In this document: piece after piece, positions 20,101 through 29,871 of the stretch | Layout of the letters: every line of letters starts with the position of its first letter | Position numbering within the stretch: position 1 is the first letter of the stretch | IMG/VR virus record: IMGVR_UViG_3300026488_000011 | Location: 96,001-160,000 of that record | Origin: a virus | DNA: 64,000 nucleotides | Direction: 5' to 3' (one strand) | Translations under genes and position numbers: made by a program | The notes under the pieces: generated by a model | What the model was told of the DNA's origin: nothing | Database searches by the model: none | Seen by the model: the letters and a program-made list of their open reading frames with translations, nothing else

Positions 20101-22256
20101 GTAAGTTTAAAAGACCTACTATAAAAGGCTTAGCTAAATTTGGATATAAAACTTTTATGGGTAGTGCTAAAATAACCGGAGAGACAACAAAAGAAACATA
20201 TGGTCAAATGTTCGGAGTCTTAAAAGATATCAAAGATTCTTTAGTAAAAAATACAGAAAAGAATGAAAAGATAGTAAAGGTATTAAATAAGACCGTTACT
20301 TTAGATAAAAATAAAACCAATACTAATACGGCTTCTAAGTTTGCTAGTATGTTAAAATCTACTGTAAAGAAACAGTCATCCATACTGAAAGGTATCAAAG
20401 ACAAAGTAACATCTAACAAAAAAGAAACACAAGTGAATCCGTTTGATAAAGATGGTGACGGTGATAGGGATGGAAACTGGAAAGATAGATTAGCCTTGTT
20501 TAAGAAGAAGAATAAAAATGTCAATCCTTTGGAAAAGAGATTAATGCCTGCAGTAGATAAGAAGGAGGATCTGTTATCCACATTACTTAAATGGGGACCA
20601 TTCTTAATAGGCGGTCTAATAACAGGATTTAAGAAGATATTAGGCGGAGTTACAGATAGCTTAATAACTGGATTCAAACATGTGTTATGGGAACCTATCA
20701 AGTGGTTAGGTAATACTATTATGTCCGGTATAGGAAAGGCATTAGGTTCAATAACAGGATTAATTAGTAAGATACCAGGGTTAGGTACAGTAATTGAAAA
20801 AGGTAAAGATCTATTCAAATCTGCTAAGGACAAGGTAAAAGACCTATTTACCAAAGGTAAGACTCCTGATATAAAAGATAAAATAAAACCTAAAACTGCA
20901 TTACCTAAAAAACCAGTAAAAGTGAAACCATCCAGTATTAAATCAGTATTGAGCAGGATGAAGAATTTAGTGGTGAAGAAGTTAGGTAAGAAGGCAGGAG
21001 CTAAATTATTAGCTAAAATAGCTACTAGATTTGTACCGTTTGTAGGTACCGCAATGTTGGCATACGACGCTGTAAAAGTAGGTTACTATATGATGCATGA
21101 TGGTCTATCACTACCTGCGGCAGTATCCAAACAGCTATTAGGATTTAGTATATTTGACGATAACGAACCTGCGATTGATCCAGAAACAGGTGAACCTATT
21201 AAACCGGATGTAGAGAATAAAGATTCTGAGAAAACCAAAACTACAGAAGCAAATATAGAAACGAAACAAGAACATCCATCTACAGTATCTAATTGGAAAA
21301 AAGAAACATTCCACCAAGTACCTAATCAGAAATCCAAACCTCCTAAGATCAAAAACTATCACATTGGTGACACTTTAAAAGAGATTAAAATACCTATTGG
21401 CAATAAGGAAGAATTAGTTGCTAAGTTGGTGAAACATGAAGGGCTTAAATTAAGAAAGTATAGGGATAGTCTAGGGTACGAAACTATAGGTGTAGGACAT
21501 CTATTAGATACTAGAAAAGGCGGTGTTCCTCTAAGAGATATAATAGACAGAGATACTGACCAAATAACTGAGCCAGAAGCATTTAAGATTTTAGCTTATG
21601 ATACTAATAAAACAGGTAAGAAGTTGTATAGTTTGCTTCCATGGCTAAGAAATCAGCCAGAGATAGTGCAAGAAGATTTGATAGATATGGGATTTAATTT
21701 AGGTGTAGGCGGATTACTTAAATTTAAGGATACCTTAAATGCCATTAAAGAAGGTGATTATTCTAAAGCTGCTAATAACCTAATGAGATCTAAATGGTAT
21801 AAGCAAGTAGGTGATAGAGCGAAAGAAATAGTAAATGACTTTATGTCATTATCGCAATCAGCAATATCTACCAGTAGCACAATGGCAACTACAGTAAGAA
21901 ATACTAGATCACAAGCTGAAACATATGTAAATACTATAAATAAACAACAGAATGAAATAGTAAAAGAGACTGCTAAACAGGCTAAAGCTCCTATAGCTAA
22001 TGTAGATTATACTCCACATTTTGAAAACAGCACGCAACAACAATCTATTACTAATAACCTACTGAAAGAATCCTTGAATATACAAAAACAAATGTTGAAT
22101 ACGTTACAAGGTATTTACGAAATTAGTAAAGCTACATTAATGTTACAGCATCCTGACAAAAAAACTGTAAAAGCAATTACTAAAAAAGAAAAGGAGAGAA
22201 GGTATATAGAACCTCCTACTAATCCAGCATTATCTGTAAATGTAAATGAATTTTAA
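17193..22256 (+). CDS. Giant tail-associated protein (tape-measure-like, phiKZ gp181 position) with C-terminal T4-type (GH24) lysozyme domain
   Basis: Long helical/coiled-coil body; hydrophobic Gly-rich segments; KHEGLKLRKYRDSLGYETIGVGH (E-x8-D-x5-T), DMGFNLG, SKWYKQVGDRA; start 17193 has AAGGAG RBS. Confidence 0.82.
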   Translation: MMANDKDLDKMLNDDGLDELDKLFEDESIDIDSGLEGDSRDPVDKVLKSTKSAMKDYDLKSKLLERVKDDVIDTLPNDLRNVVTGIDNEIYGLKREIEDKLPDVKKTLKSMLGDAEELAPNKVLGINIKDKIRRLKDKIHVEEETFIPEETLDEKAKRFSDEILGGDIQKSILSDIDVKTNVNLNLELLKEAKTTNNFLLKLSSKYYKNSLELMFKQLHALVSIDEKTKLLVETLPKQLEGILRNTSIPDVMKYRGNELLKENLRRDMMESGIELIKNSQSVRTITSKLKKAALSGFNKGLEGLRTGQEFISTQREMKELMSDVGMDPTQMAIQSGFDFALGTVMTGLKKGVRKVASKSRVANKLHYKLDKTISNPEKVLEKWENKLNDKNNPLAESMAEFISSLRKEMGSSKTDIDLSRDVNQPTVFDIKTKLAITNIIPTYLSKILAEVTGIRLKLKAPKVDEIVFDYKRNRFFTAKQLKNKFIRDSKKASKYVLKTIEEESPKIISILEKDTKLNEEEKKQVTSALLKHVNEGGSKDIRFLKDEGFLDKLDEGLKNKLTPVLDKISKDYTSVDLKEVEEAKEALNRIERSLANEAKEFGERAKELADIGRTDILETLKIINDDHTKISGERVFDIVTDLTNRDISKNKIKYADYIRTRNEDAEDSDKEYIEDKINKKFNEFKNIALPKIDDIKKETKEIIKHPDKKLNIVKNELTKTVEKIKNTNRPKIENITKPVGTALNKAQTKAEEVVKPLVIKIESFEKPNLMKEKLISKINDVKKLEYKELKSGAVKTYNNISSKLVKSIEKFESKLPSNPDQELKQNVNKLEHIIQNDQLDNLLEVQLAQKPLPKDIHEAKIIYEETVHSLDPTGRLKEELSKKGNWIERLYNIHKGVMAKIQAGVFNLKEKMSELFSGDTFSNLKDRLGLAGKLGSRGLKILGAGKDWLVKHGQLLKDNTSELLYDPETGKFKRPTIKGLAKFGYKTFMGSAKITGETTKETYGQMFGVLKDIKDSLVKNTEKNEKIVKVLNKTVTLDKNKTNTNTASKFASMLKSTVKKQSSILKGIKDKVTSNKKETQVNPFDKDGDGDRDGNWKDRLALFKKKNKNVNPLEKRLMPAVDKKEDLLSTLLKWGPFLIGGLITGFKKILGGVTDSLITGFKHVLWEPIKWLGNTIMSGIGKALGSITGLISKIPGLGTVIEKGKDLFKSAKDKVKDLFTKGKTPDIKDKIKPKTALPKKPVKVKPSSIKSVLSRMKNLVVKKLGKKAGAKLLAKIATRFVPFVGTAMLAYDAVKVGYYMMHDGLSLPAAVSKQLLGFSIFDDNEPAIDPETGEPIKPDVENKDSEKTKTTEANIETKQEHPSTVSNWKKETFHQVPNQKSKPPKIKNYHIGDTLKEIKIPIGNKEELVAKLVKHEGLKLRKYRDSLGYETIGVGHLLDTRKGGVPLRDIIDRDTDQITEPEAFKILAYDTNKTGKKLYSLLPWLRNQPEIVQEDLIDMGFNLGVGGLLKFKDTLNAIKEGDYSKAANNLMRSKWYKQVGDRAKEIVNDFMSLSQSAISTSSTMATTVRNTRSQAETYVNTINKQQNEIVKETAKQAKAPIANVDYTPHFENSTQQQSITNNLLKESLNIQKQMLNTLQGIYEISKATLMLQHPDKKTVKAITKKEKERRYIEPPTNPALSVNVNEF

Positions 22257-22286
22257 CTATGCTAGGAGATTATTCTCCTAGCATAG
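22257..22286. terminator. Bidirectional terminator between convergent genes
   Basis: 13-bp perfect stem CTATGCTAGGAGA/TCTCCTAGCATAG, T-tract on the plus strand. Confidence 0.75.
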
Positions 22287-22899
22287 CTTTTTTCATATCT
22301 TCTGTAGATATTATGTCTAGAAATTCTGTCTTTAACCTTTTTTCGATGTCTTTTACTACCTCTTCTGTTACTCTCTTTTTAAAGATTTTGTAATCATCAT
22401 CATTATTAATCTCAGTTATTCCTAGTTCATCTCTAACATCTGCGATTATGTTAAGGATTGCTTTTAATCCTTTTGCGTATTTTATATACTTACTATCTAC
22501 CTCATTTATTTCTATAGCTCCTCTTTTTATTTTGCTATAGATCTCAATTCTTTTCTCTTTCAGATTCTTCATTTTTAATATTTCGTTTAGTAGCTCTTTA
22601 TCGCTTAAGATCTTATCCAGAACTACTAACTCTATAGCATACCAATAGTTTGGTACATGGTGTGTTTTGTAACCATCTAATCTCTCCCTATCCTTATCCG
22701 TTAGTACTTTATCCAGGATAGATATACCAGCTTTTCTCTTATTTAGATAATACATCACGTTTTCGATAGACATCACATCACCTAGTAATCTGCTCTTGAA
22801 CTTAGAGACATGCTTCGGGTGTAATCTATCTGTCTTCCTTTTTCCTTCAGGAAGTATTTTGATTATTTTGTTATCTCTTGTGTTATCAACTAACGCCAT
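22270..22899 (-). CDS. Hypothetical protein (209 aa)
   Basis: ORF with RBS. Confidence 0.65.
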   Translation of the reverse strand: MALVDNTRDNKIIKILPEGKRKTDRLHPKHVSKFKSRLLGDVMSIENVMYYLNKRKAGISILDKVLTDKDRERLDGYKTHHVPNYWYAIELVVLDKILSDKELLNEILKMKNLKEKRIEIYSKIKRGAIEINEVDSKYIKYAKGLKAILNIIADVRDELGITEINNDDDYKIFKKRVTEEVVKDIEKRLKTEFLDIISTEDMKKAMLGE

Positions 22900-22917
22900 T
22901 CTTCTCTCCTTCTTCTA

Positions 22918-23334
22918 TTAGTGTTTTAATATTTTGTTCTTAAGATCTTCGTTCAATAGGATGTACGAAAGATATAATTTTTCAGCTGTGAAGTTTTCTA
23001 CATCAGCATATGTAAAAGGTTTAACAGTTTCACCATAGTCATCTATTATGGTTCTGAGATACTCAGACAGATAACCTTTCATGGTCTCTCTAGCATCATA
23101 GTCGTTATCTACATAGTCCAATGCTGTTAGTTTATGACATAAAGATTTTAATCTATGGTATCTACTGTCGTGTAGATCCATCCATGTGTCTAACTCATCT
23201 TCAATAACAGCTAACAAACTAAATCTAGTTCTGATATCAAAATCTTTTATAACGGATTTGAAAGTTTCTATTTCATTTTCGTTTCCTGTTTCTAATCCCT
23301 GTAAGATAAAGTTGTCTAGATCTTTCTTAGTCAT
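22918..23334 (-). CDS. Hypothetical protein (138 aa)
   Basis: ORF; 4-nt overlap with upstream gene. Confidence 0.65.
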   Translation of the reverse strand: MTKKDLDNFILQGLETGNENEIETFKSVIKDFDIRTRFSLLAVIEDELDTWMDLHDSRYHRLKSLCHKLTALDYVDNDYDARETMKGYLSEYLRTIIDDYGETVKPFTYADVENFTAEKLYLSYILLNEDLKNKILKH

Positions 23335-23927
23335 AGTTTAATTCCTTTTATACCGTGGATAGTTTCTTCGTCATTTAGCCATTTTACCTTGGCATATATT
23401 TCCATATTATCTACTTGCATAAATTCTAATACCAGGAAGACAAATGTCTTCCAAGTGAGTTTCTTTTTAGACATTGCATTATAGATGCTATTCTCAGATT
23501 TACTGCCTTTATAACTCTTAAGTAGTTCGGCAGTTTTGCCTTTGTAACCTAAGGCTTCTATGATTTGATCTCTCAAATCCGCTAAGAATTTACCATACTC
23601 CTGGTAGTTATCGGGAGTAATTTCTACCATAGCTTTAACAGTCTTCTCGCCTTTATGCACCACGACAGTAAAGATCAATTTCTTTACTCCTAATACATCG
23701 AATAATAATAGGAGGAATCTTTTCCATGTTAATTCGGAACCTTTTATTAACTTGTTTAGGGTACCCGTGTTTAAGGCTCCTTTTTTATTCCTGTTTTTCC
23801 TCCAATAACGCTTGACAGAGAAAACTAAACTACTCTGGAGATTGTTCTCCAGGATTATTTTTCTCCACATTTTAGCTAGCAAACCGTTCTCCGTAGTTGC
23901 TACGGGGGTTCTTTCTAAGTCTTCCAT
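23331..23927 (-). CDS. Hypothetical protein with two tandem LTWKxF domains
   Basis: Internal duplication (GSELTWKRFLLLL / KKKLTWKTFVFLV); likely start 23927 after GAAGGAG. Confidence 0.65.
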   Translation of the reverse strand: MEDLERTPVATTENGLLAKMWRKIILENNLQSSLVFSVKRYWRKNRNKKGALNTGTLNKLIKGSELTWKRFLLLLFDVLGVKKLIFTVVVHKGEKTVKAMVEITPDNYQEYGKFLADLRDQIIEALGYKGKTAELLKSYKGSKSENSIYNAMSKKKLTWKTFVFLVLEFMQVDNMEIYAKVKWLNDEETIHGIKGIKL

Positions 23928-23970
23928 AGTACGCTCCTTCTGTAGTAAGTAAATGTCGTAGTAAGAGTAA

Positions 23971-24393
23971 CTACTTTGCAAGATGTTTAAAGATATTGTC
24001 GACAATATCTTGCATATTAATAATATATTTTTTAATAACCATTGAATTAAATGTTTGATCAGTGTCTGTGTCTAGACTCTCTATCCAGTCTTTAAGGTCT
24101 TTTAGTTTGGGTATAGATCTGTGTAGAAACAAGATTTTATTCTCTGCCTCATCGTCTAACCCGTCTTTACCGCTTAACCATTCTAACATCGGAATATCTC
24201 TAATCACAGACATTTTAATTTTTCCTACTTCTAGCTTATCTGTATAATCATGCGTTAATAAATATTCGACAGCTTCTACATAATCTTCTAGATAGCGGTG
24301 TAATGAGTTTAACTTTACCTTTCTTACCTTGGGTGAATAGATATCTAATTTTATATCAGTATTCCTGTCTTTATTTTTCCACCAGTTCCACAT
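23971..24393 (-). CDS. Hypothetical protein (140 aa)
   Basis: ORF with AAGGAG RBS. Confidence 0.6.
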   Translation of the reverse strand: MWNWWKNKDRNTDIKLDIYSPKVRKVKLNSLHRYLEDYVEAVEYLLTHDYTDKLEVGKIKMSVIRDIPMLEWLSGKDGLDDEAENKILFLHRSIPKLKDLKDWIESLDTDTDQTFNSMVIKKYIINMQDIVDNIFKHLAK

Positions 24394-24459
24394 TGATACT
24401 CCTTTATAGTACTCAACAATATGTTTTACCGTGAATAATTATGTTAATAAGGAGAAAGA

Positions 24460-24873
24460 ATGAGTAACTCAATTAGAGACATTGATAAGGCTAATGTATT
24501 TATGCCTGAAGAAATGAGGGTATTAGATAAAACCCTCGAAATAAGAGAGAAGATAGTAGACAAAATGATAGAGGACGGTATACCTTATAAGACTTCAGAA
24601 ATTAGAGTACTTAACGAGGTCTTAAATGCCATGGATTCTAACGTCATGGGTAGAACAGATAGAAGATTGAAGATGAAAGAAAATGATAATAACGAAAATA
24701 TCTTAGAGATGATGAGAGAAGTTTTAATAAACGTGGAAAAGAAAAAATCCACAGTAACTGTTGAACAAAGACAAATAGAATTAACAGAAGGTTTAAGACC
24801 AGATGAAATTGTATTAGGAGAAGATCAAATAGAGTTTCAGGAAATTTCCCTAGAAGATTTAGAAGGAGAATAA
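24460..24873 (+). CDS. Hypothetical phiKZ-like protein (137 aa)
   Basis: ORF with AAGGAG RBS; first gene of an operon with a structural gene and RuvC. Confidence 0.65.
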   Translation: MSNSIRDIDKANVFMPEEMRVLDKTLEIREKIVDKMIEDGIPYKTSEIRVLNEVLNAMDSNVMGRTDRRLKMKENDNNENILEMMREVLINVEKKKSTVTVEQRQIELTEGLRPDEIVLGEDQIEFQEISLEDLEGE

Positions 24874-24874
24874 G

Positions 24875-25696
24875 ATGGTATTTAACACAACAAGGACTAT
24901 TTATAGTCTAAAATTACAAACGGCATTGTTAACAGGAGCCGAGTATGAGACTTTGCCCAATACTACGTTAAATGAAAAGTTTAGTATTCTGCCCAATTAT
25001 GTAATTACGGGAACATATCCTAGATTAAATTGTTATGTACTGGGTGTAGGTGGTAATCCTATAATTGAGAATACAGCTATTGACCTTAAAAGAGGTAAAC
25101 ATAGAGCTACCGATGGAGCCCTGTTTAAACATTTACCGTTTATAATTAGAAGAACTGACGATGATATCAGTGATGAATTAAAACAAAAGTACAGACTAAG
25201 AAAAGTAGAGAATATAAATGGAATAGATTATATAGTTTACTACGCCAAGGTACTAGATAAAATAGATTTTACTAACACCATATTCCAGGTAAATAGTGAC
25301 TTTGGTAATAACTTCATAGGTCCATATGATACTACTAATGATCCTACAATACTCAATCCTACTCCTCTACTGGATTTAGACATAACCAAGATAAAAGGTA
25401 GTTACGTGTTAAATATGTGTAAGGTGTTATTCGTATTGGAAGATTGGGAAATCGAAGAGTTAAAAAACTCTATGTCGATCATGTATCCAGGTGAGACACT
25501 TACTTCTATTAGTGAAATAGGTCTATGTTCAGGTATAGACATAGACTATAACGGCTATAAGGAATCTGTAAAGACCCAAATAAACTTCTTTACTGACATG
25601 AATTTGGACTTACAATTATTGGATAATCTAAAAGTAAATAACAGAGTAGAATTTTATTTGGAACTGGGGGGAATGGAACCTCTCTATAAAGGATGA
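24875..25696 (+). CDS. Putative virion structural protein, phiKZ-like (273 aa)
   Basis: TRTIYSLKLQ...TLNEKF...LGVGGN...H.ATD.ALF.HLPFI.R pattern resembles a jumbo-phage structural family (recalled). Confidence 0.55.
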   Translation: MVFNTTRTIYSLKLQTALLTGAEYETLPNTTLNEKFSILPNYVITGTYPRLNCYVLGVGGNPIIENTAIDLKRGKHRATDGALFKHLPFIIRRTDDDISDELKQKYRLRKVENINGIDYIVYYAKVLDKIDFTNTIFQVNSDFGNNFIGPYDTTNDPTILNPTPLLDLDITKIKGSYVLNMCKVLFVLEDWEIEELKNSMSIMYPGETLTSISEIGLCSGIDIDYNGYKESVKTQINFFTDMNLDLQLLDNLKVNNRVEFYLELGGMEPLYKG

Positions 25697-26247
25697 TTAT
25701 GTTTAAGTTACTAGGCATCGACCCAGGTACTAATTTCTGCGGTGTATCTATTTTTACTATAGAGAGTCTAGATAAAATAGTCGATGTAAGGACAGAGTTA
25801 ATAGATATCTCTAATCCAATCTACACAGATTTATCAAACGACCTGTTTTATAGATTACACCGACTAGAAGAAGCTATTAAGAAATTATGTTTAACAGAAT
25901 ATCCGTTTATGCCTATAGCCTTAGGAATCGAAGCTGGATTTATAAATAGATTTAGACCGGCAGCATATGGCCCTTTAGCTAAATCAAGTTTTATAATAGA
26001 ACATGCTTTTAAAGACATAACGGGATCTAATCTAATCGTAGAATATCCTCCTAGTATAATTAAGAAGAGAGTGAGTAGACAGGGGTTAGCTACTAAATCA
26101 GATATGTTAACCGCTGTATTAAACAATGATGAACTTTCGCCATGGTTAATAGGAATGGAAACTGAACATGAAATTGATGCGATAGCTATAGGATATTGCT
26201 TACTAGAAGATATTAGAGAAAGACCTGAAATATTGTACAAAGTATAA
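25693..26247 (+). CDS. ruvC: RuvC-like Holliday junction resolvase
   Basis: LLGIDPGTNFCG, GIEAGF, EYPPSIIKK, HEIDAIAIG catalytic D/E/D pattern. Confidence 0.85.
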   Translation: MIMFKLLGIDPGTNFCGVSIFTIESLDKIVDVRTELIDISNPIYTDLSNDLFYRLHRLEEAIKKLCLTEYPFMPIALGIEAGFINRFRPAAYGPLAKSSFIIEHAFKDITGSNLIVEYPPSIIKKRVSRQGLATKSDMLTAVLNNDELSPWLIGMETEHEIDAIAIGYCLLEDIRERPEILYKV

Positions 26248-26267
26248 AAAAATAAAGTTAGTGGAGA

Positions 26268-27245
26268 TTATTTCTCCACTAACTCATATTCTATTCTTAA
26301 AGGCTTAGATTCCAATATTAACTTTTTCCCATCGTATTCTAATATGTCTTGGGAAGTAAAGAAAGTTTGATCGTTATAGTAACCGGACTCTTCCTTGTTA
26401 TAGAACAAGTCTATGTAGACGTCTCCGGCTTCTATAGCTCCTACGCTAAGAGTAGTAGGTACTACCTTATAGGATTTTTTGTCTAATTCTTTACCGTCTT
26501 TTAATACCCTTTTAATCGCTAGTATCTTTGTAGGTTTCATAAAGTCTACATTTAGAACACTTATAAGAGTATCGAATGGAATTGATGGATCTTCAAGGTG
26601 TTCTTCTACTATTGCTTTTAGGTGGTCAAATGTAAAATCTTTAGTGGATAAGTAAGATTTCAATAATTCGTCTAGGAAACTCTTGTTCACACCTTTTTCT
26701 TCGCAATATTCTATAATAGTGTTTTTATCTAGCTTATTGAACGTAACAGAGTATTTTAACCTACCTGGTCTGTTCCTGATCAGCTTAGATATTTTATAGG
26801 GTTCATTCTCTGTTACTAATACTAATCTTCTTCTACCTAATGTGTTGGATAGTAGTGTTAACATTTTCTCTTGTTCTTCAATACTGAATGTCTTACCGAA
26901 TTCATCGAAGAATAACACTGCATTGTCTAATGTCTCTAGAAATGAAATTAGATCAGGACTAAACTCTACATTAGTGATTAGATATACACTCATGCCGTGA
27001 TCTATAGCTCTATTAGCTATAGATTTAGCTATCTCTGTCTTACCTGCTCCTTTTAATCCTAATAACATCACACCGCCTATTAAGTTTTTTCTTTCCAGAC
27101 CTTTCCATATTACATCCCTGTACCTTCTAGCATCTCCGTACAGCTTTTCCGGTTCTTTAAATTTATGTGTTAAGGTGGTAACATAATAAGATTTGGAAAA
27201 TGGATCTTGCTTTACCTCATAAACCATAGGTATATTCATCCACAT
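26268..27245 (-). CDS. AAA+ ATPase
   Basis: Walker A GLKGAGKT, Walker B LFFDEFGK, arginine finger NRPGR. Confidence 0.85.
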   Translation of the reverse strand: MWMNIPMVYEVKQDPFSKSYYVTTLTHKFKEPEKLYGDARRYRDVIWKGLERKNLIGGVMLLGLKGAGKTEIAKSIANRAIDHGMSVYLITNVEFSPDLISFLETLDNAVLFFDEFGKTFSIEEQEKMLTLLSNTLGRRRLVLVTENEPYKISKLIRNRPGRLKYSVTFNKLDKNTIIEYCEEKGVNKSFLDELLKSYLSTKDFTFDHLKAIVEEHLEDPSIPFDTLISVLNVDFMKPTKILAIKRVLKDGKELDKKSYKVVPTTLSVGAIEAGDVYIDLFYNKEESGYYNDQTFFTSQDILEYDGKKLILESKPLRIEYELVEK

Positions 27246-27325
27246 GTTTTACTCCTTTATGATTATTACACTTAAATAATATATGGTTTACTTTCTCTGA
27301 ATATAACATTAAGAAAGGAGACGGT

Positions 27326-27811
27326 ATGTTAAGATTTTGGAGTTTTATAAAGACTAAAGAAGGATTACTTTCTATAATAATTTTAACTTTTGTAGGTGTG
27401 CCGTTAGTTCTCTCAATATTTAATGGCATTAAGTCTACCTTTATGGATACTTTTGGTATTAAGACAGATAGCGAAATTAAGGCTGAGCAAAAAGTGGTGA
27501 TTGATAAAATAACAGAGGAGAACAGGAACTTAAAGAAAATAAACGAGATTAAAGCTAAGATAGTGAAGATAAACGAAAAGAAAGTGATCGACGAAATAAA
27601 AGAAGAGAAAAAGATCGATGAGTTTAAAATTAATCTGATTAAAGAAGTAGACAAAGAACCAGACGTTAAGGTTAAAGAACAAGTGAAAGTAATAACTAAA
27701 AACAAATCTCCGCAAACGGTAATAATAGATAAGAAGAAGTATGAAGAAGAAGGATTGAAAAATATCAATCTTATCTATCAAGCCTATGAATTAGTAAAGG
27801 ATGTAAAATGA
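27326..27811 (+). CDS. Putative inner-membrane spanin (Rz-like)
   Basis: Single N-terminal TM helix followed by charged coiled coil; overlaps downstream lipoprotein gene. Confidence 0.55.
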   Translation: MLRFWSFIKTKEGLLSIIILTFVGVPLVLSIFNGIKSTFMDTFGIKTDSEIKAEQKVVIDKITEENRNLKKINEIKAKIVKINEKKVIDEIKEEKKIDEFKINLIKEVDKEPDVKVKEQVKVITKNKSPQTVIIDKKKYEEEGLKNINLIYQAYELVKDVK

Positions 27812-28128
27812 TTAGGTGTACGTTGTTATTCGCTTTGTTAGCATTTTTTATAACCGGATGTAGTAAACAACCAGAATATAAAATTATCTATAAAGAAAAG
27901 ATTGTTAGAGTATATCCTCCCGAGTATTTAACCAAGGATAATATTAAACTACCTCCACCGCCTAGCAAATATCGATACATTACAGGAGATCCTTTTCAAA
28001 GAGAGAGGTTACTGACTAAATATGTGATAGAATTATTAATCACTATTAAAAAGTATAAAGTAAAGCTTAAAAATATTAACGACTGGAACAAGAAGACAAA
28101 TAAGATATTATCTACTACTGACAAATAG
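27808..28128 (+). CDS. Putative outer-membrane lipoprotein spanin (Rz1-like)
   Basis: Lipobox LLAFFITG|C, proline-rich LPPPPSK. Confidence 0.6.
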   Translation: MIRCTLLFALLAFFITGCSKQPEYKIIYKEKIVRVYPPEYLTKDNIKLPPPPSKYRYITGDPFQRERLLTKYVIELLITIKKYKVKLKNINDWNKKTNKILSTTDK

Positions 28129-28323
28129 TCAGTAGTAGTTTTTTAATTTAGTTTTATTTCCATATTTATCAACAATTATGATGTCATTGGGATCGTAATA
28201 ATTTTTTAATATACTCAATACTATGTCCATCCTATTTTTATATTTGAAAAAATGTTTTTTAACAATAATGTTGTTTGCCTTTATCTCTACAGTGTATTCA
28301 AATTGTGAAAGATTAATACTCAT
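28129..28323 (-). CDS. Hypothetical protein (64 aa)
   Basis: ORF with AAGGAG RBS. Confidence 0.5.
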   Translation of the reverse strand: MSINLSQFEYTVEIKANNIIVKKHFFKYKNRMDIVLSILKNYYDPNDIIIVDKYGNKTKLKNYY

Positions 28324-28332
28324 AGGTCTCCT

Positions 28333-28845
28333 TTATAATACTTTAGTTTCGATAGTCTCGCTACAACCCCCGCCGTCTGATTCTTTAACTGTCCATATAA
28401 TCTCTCTCACATGTTTAAAAATTATATGGAAGAAATCATAAAAGGGAGGGTAATGTAGTTCTCTATCAATAGCATTTACTAAATCAGTCGCTATTGGTTC
28501 TATTATTTTAATAGCATCATTCTCTACACTGTCTATAGAATCACAGGAAACTGGTTCTCCTGTAGGTTCTATCGTAGTAGACCAATATCTGGCTATCTCT
28601 CTGGCTAATATCCAAGGTACCTCTGATTTAGGCTCTACAGACCTAAGGTCTCCAAAATTTAATGTACCAGCTGGCGTGGTTATATCTATATTTGGATTAG
28701 TAGGTTCTGCTGATTGAAATTCTTGGTCTAGAATCCTTTCTAACGCTCTAACTGAATCTAGTCCTCCGTCGTAAGGATGTTGAGATAAAAAGCTATCTAA
28801 CGCGGTCTTGTAATTCTCAGCTGCTCTGTTTTCATCCATAGCCAT
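28333..28845 (-). CDS. Hypothetical protein, probably baseplate-associated (170 aa)
   Basis: Directly downstream of the spike gene. Confidence 0.5.
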   Translation of the reverse strand: MAMDENRAAENYKTALDSFLSQHPYDGGLDSVRALERILDQEFQSAEPTNPNIDITTPAGTLNFGDLRSVEPKSEVPWILAREIARYWSTTIEPTGEPVSCDSIDSVENDAIKIIEPIATDLVNAIDRELHYPPFYDFFHIIFKHVREIIWTVKESDGGGCSETIETKVL

Positions 28846-28846
28846 T

Positions 28847-29809
28847 TTACTGTCCTCTGATTGTATTTATTTTATCAATTATTTCCTGGAACATAGATAT
28901 GGATGTGTCGGTCCATCTGGTTTCATAACCTAGATTACCTATATGTTGTGCTGATATTAATTTGTTTAAAAAGTCTACCAGTGTATCCATTAACTCAACT
29001 CCTCCTCCTGTTATAGTAACGCTACCAGCAGTTAATCCATAGTGATTATCGACATTCTTAGTCTCAGTGCTTGTATGTGTGTCTATGGTCTCGCTAGCTT
29101 CAGTTTTGTGGTGTTTAGTATTAATGGATATTAGGTTTGTTGTCTTAACAGTCATTGCGTTGTTGGTTGAGATGTTTAATGTATCAGTAGGACTATCTAG
29201 TTCTATATAATTTCCTTTACCATCCAATACTTTTAAATTCCCGTCTTTAGTGTTTAAGATAAAATCGTATGATGTATATTCATTCCACTTATCACCCGTA
29301 TGGAACTTTATTATCTTGTCTCTGGTATTTATTTCTAGATAATATGTATCTTCTAAAAGCTCATCAGGATCTAACTTAGGTTTGTCGGAAAATACAAATC
29401 TTACTACTTCTTCTTTTCTTAAACTTAAATCATTAAACATTGTTGTCCAGAAGAATAAGTCACTGTTACTATATCTCCATAATAACACCTGCTCGCCCTT
29501 TCTTACATCAGGAGGTGTTAATCTATTATACTGTCCAAAAGAAAACCATTTAGCTCTGATTGTTTTACTTCTGTCTATTTGTAATTTTAAAGTTTTTATG
29601 TCATCATTTTCATGGTCTACTATTTTTACATCAGCTTCTATTTCTTCATCATTCATGTCAGGTCCTACCGTAGGTAATTTCTCTACAGGGTAAATCTCTA
29701 CTATATCACTATCCCAGTCTTTATCTCTTACTACAAAACCTACTGAATAAAATATTAAGTTAGAAGGATCTACTTTATGTAGATATAGATCTTTCTCTAA
29801 ATTATCCAT
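28847..29809 (-). CDS. Putative baseplate central spike / tail tip protein (phiKZ gp164-like)
   Basis: RLTPPDVRKGEQVLLWRY...LFFW OB-like segment, then beta-strand repeats (beta-helix-like) with His-rich C-terminus. Confidence 0.6.
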   Translation of the reverse strand: MDNLEKDLYLHKVDPSNLIFYSVGFVVRDKDWDSDIVEIYPVEKLPTVGPDMNDEEIEADVKIVDHENDDIKTLKLQIDRSKTIRAKWFSFGQYNRLTPPDVRKGEQVLLWRYSNSDLFFWTTMFNDLSLRKEEVVRFVFSDKPKLDPDELLEDTYYLEINTRDKIIKFHTGDKWNEYTSYDFILNTKDGNLKVLDGKGNYIELDSPTDTLNISTNNAMTVKTTNLISINTKHHKTEASETIDTHTSTETKNVDNHYGLTAGSVTITGGGVELMDTLVDFLNKLISAQHIGNLGYETRWTDTSISMFQEIIDKINTIRGQ

Positions 29810-29871
29810 AAGTACTCCTTTATCTCACTTCTTTTTCAATTAAGCTTCTAATATGAATTTAAGGAGGAGTA

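Noticed and set aside
10469-21362. Numerous 60-220 aa ORFs antisense to the RNAP and tail genes
   Set aside because: Ser/Phe/Leu-rich mirror translations of K/E-rich genes, without RBS.
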